From Botryllus schlosseri (Eukaryota): DNA of 64,000 bases. Under the pieces are notes generated by a model. It did not search any database. It had not been told where the DNA came from and saw nothing but the letters and a program-made list of their open reading frames with translations. The position numbers and the translations under genes are program-made. Below are positions 62,864-64,000 of this stretch, in pieces; the first letter of the stretch is position 1; each line of letters opens with the position of its first letter. The stretch spans positions 17,982,001 through 18,046,000 of the forward strand of contig CM119372.1 in the NCBI GenBank assembly GCA_051294905.1. The letters are read 5' to 3'.

Positions 62864-64000
62864 CTGCGGAAAGGAAGGAAGCATTAGCAATTTGCATGAC
62901 AATAGGAGTACTGAAGAATGGACCACCACTTGAGATACGGAGACCAAGAATCATGATTGTTGTAAATGGAAATTGATGTCAATGATTCTCCTGCTAACTA
63001 GCAATATATCAGTAACTGCATTACACTCGATTCTATGGGCAATGACATGTCAAAGAAGCATAATTATTAAATTCAGCATAACCGATTAATAATTTTAGTT
63101 CTTTAACTAAGCGATCAAATTTTTTCTACGATTAATAATATTGTAAGTGAAATACGTAAATTTTAAATTTGTGATAATTTGTTTTACAGAACCAACTCAT
63201 GCCCGACTTGGTTCGCACATTTTTTTTTCAGGTTGACAGACATTTGGAGTCGCAAATGATTCAGAAAACAATTTCAAAATCCATGTTTACCACCTGCTAG
63301 TCAGGAAGTCACCCATGGTATTTTAAAACGTTGAACTTACTAATATATACATCAATTATGAATTGATTTAATAGTATTAGTTCAAAACGTCACAAGATCG
63401 CAGCGCAACGAAATAGTAGGGAGGACTTGGCAAGGTAGCCGGAGGAACACGGAAAAAGTTGATTAAGCAATGTGTTTTCTTCCTATTTTTGGTAATGATG
63501 TTATACTTAAACGAGGGTGCATACGTTGCACAGACAGTACACTTGTACTGGTATAATGCAGAAGTGAAGAAGTTGATTAATTGAGCAAGACATCGGCTGC
63601 AGTTGAAAAGATACACAAATCCACAGATTCCCCTATCTTTTATATTATTAACGCAAAATTTTGTGAGAATAGAGTCCCTGTTTACCAGCTTCATAACCTA
63701 TACAAACGACACACCACATATCCAAACAAACAATTAAAAATCACTTATTACCATTGCCAAGGTAGGTGGAATCATGGGTATGAGGAAATATGTAATCAAA
63801 TCCCTAGCCAACAAAACGAGGCAGATGTGGAAATGACATGATCAGCGATTTAACCACGAGCCACAATGGACCCACATGCTAATACTTGCAAATTGCAGCA
63901 TATTGATATTGATTTTGAGATTAGGAGGCAGAAATTTGGGAACGGATATGAAGAATGGACGTGGAGTGAATTATAATATTATTGCCCTGTCACGCAAAAG

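Overview
This is AT-rich, intron-containing animal DNA. Short 55-70 bp introns, dense hAT-type MITEs and mosaic CpG content suggest an invertebrate chordate such as an ascidian, but that is inference. All genes were assembled by hand from GT-AG exons that the ORF track mostly misses, and all lie on the minus strand. (1) About 5-42 kb holds a tandemly duplicated cluster of secreted IL-17-like cystine-knot cytokine genes. Three are apparently intact, highly divergent 5-exon genes (10280-12100, 25105-26328, 37545-41767). Several decayed relatives with more canonical IL-17 motifs also occur (about 6.0-6.3 kb, 8.7-9.9 kb, 24.0-24.7 kb, 31.7-32.3 kb). (2) A complete 12-exon mitochondrial-type glutaminase gene (46655-54717, 498 aa) has a short tail with no ankyrin repeats and a remodelled activation loop. 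(3) The last three coding exons of an extended synaptotagmin lie at 60733-62863. Intergenic and intronic DNA is rich in mobile elements: nested hAT MITEs with 8-bp TSDs, a 31-39 bp TIR-only micro-transposon, Penelope-like element fragments whose terminal repeat carries a minimal hammerhead ribozyme motif, LINE tails, tRNA-derived SINEs and a probable solo LTR.
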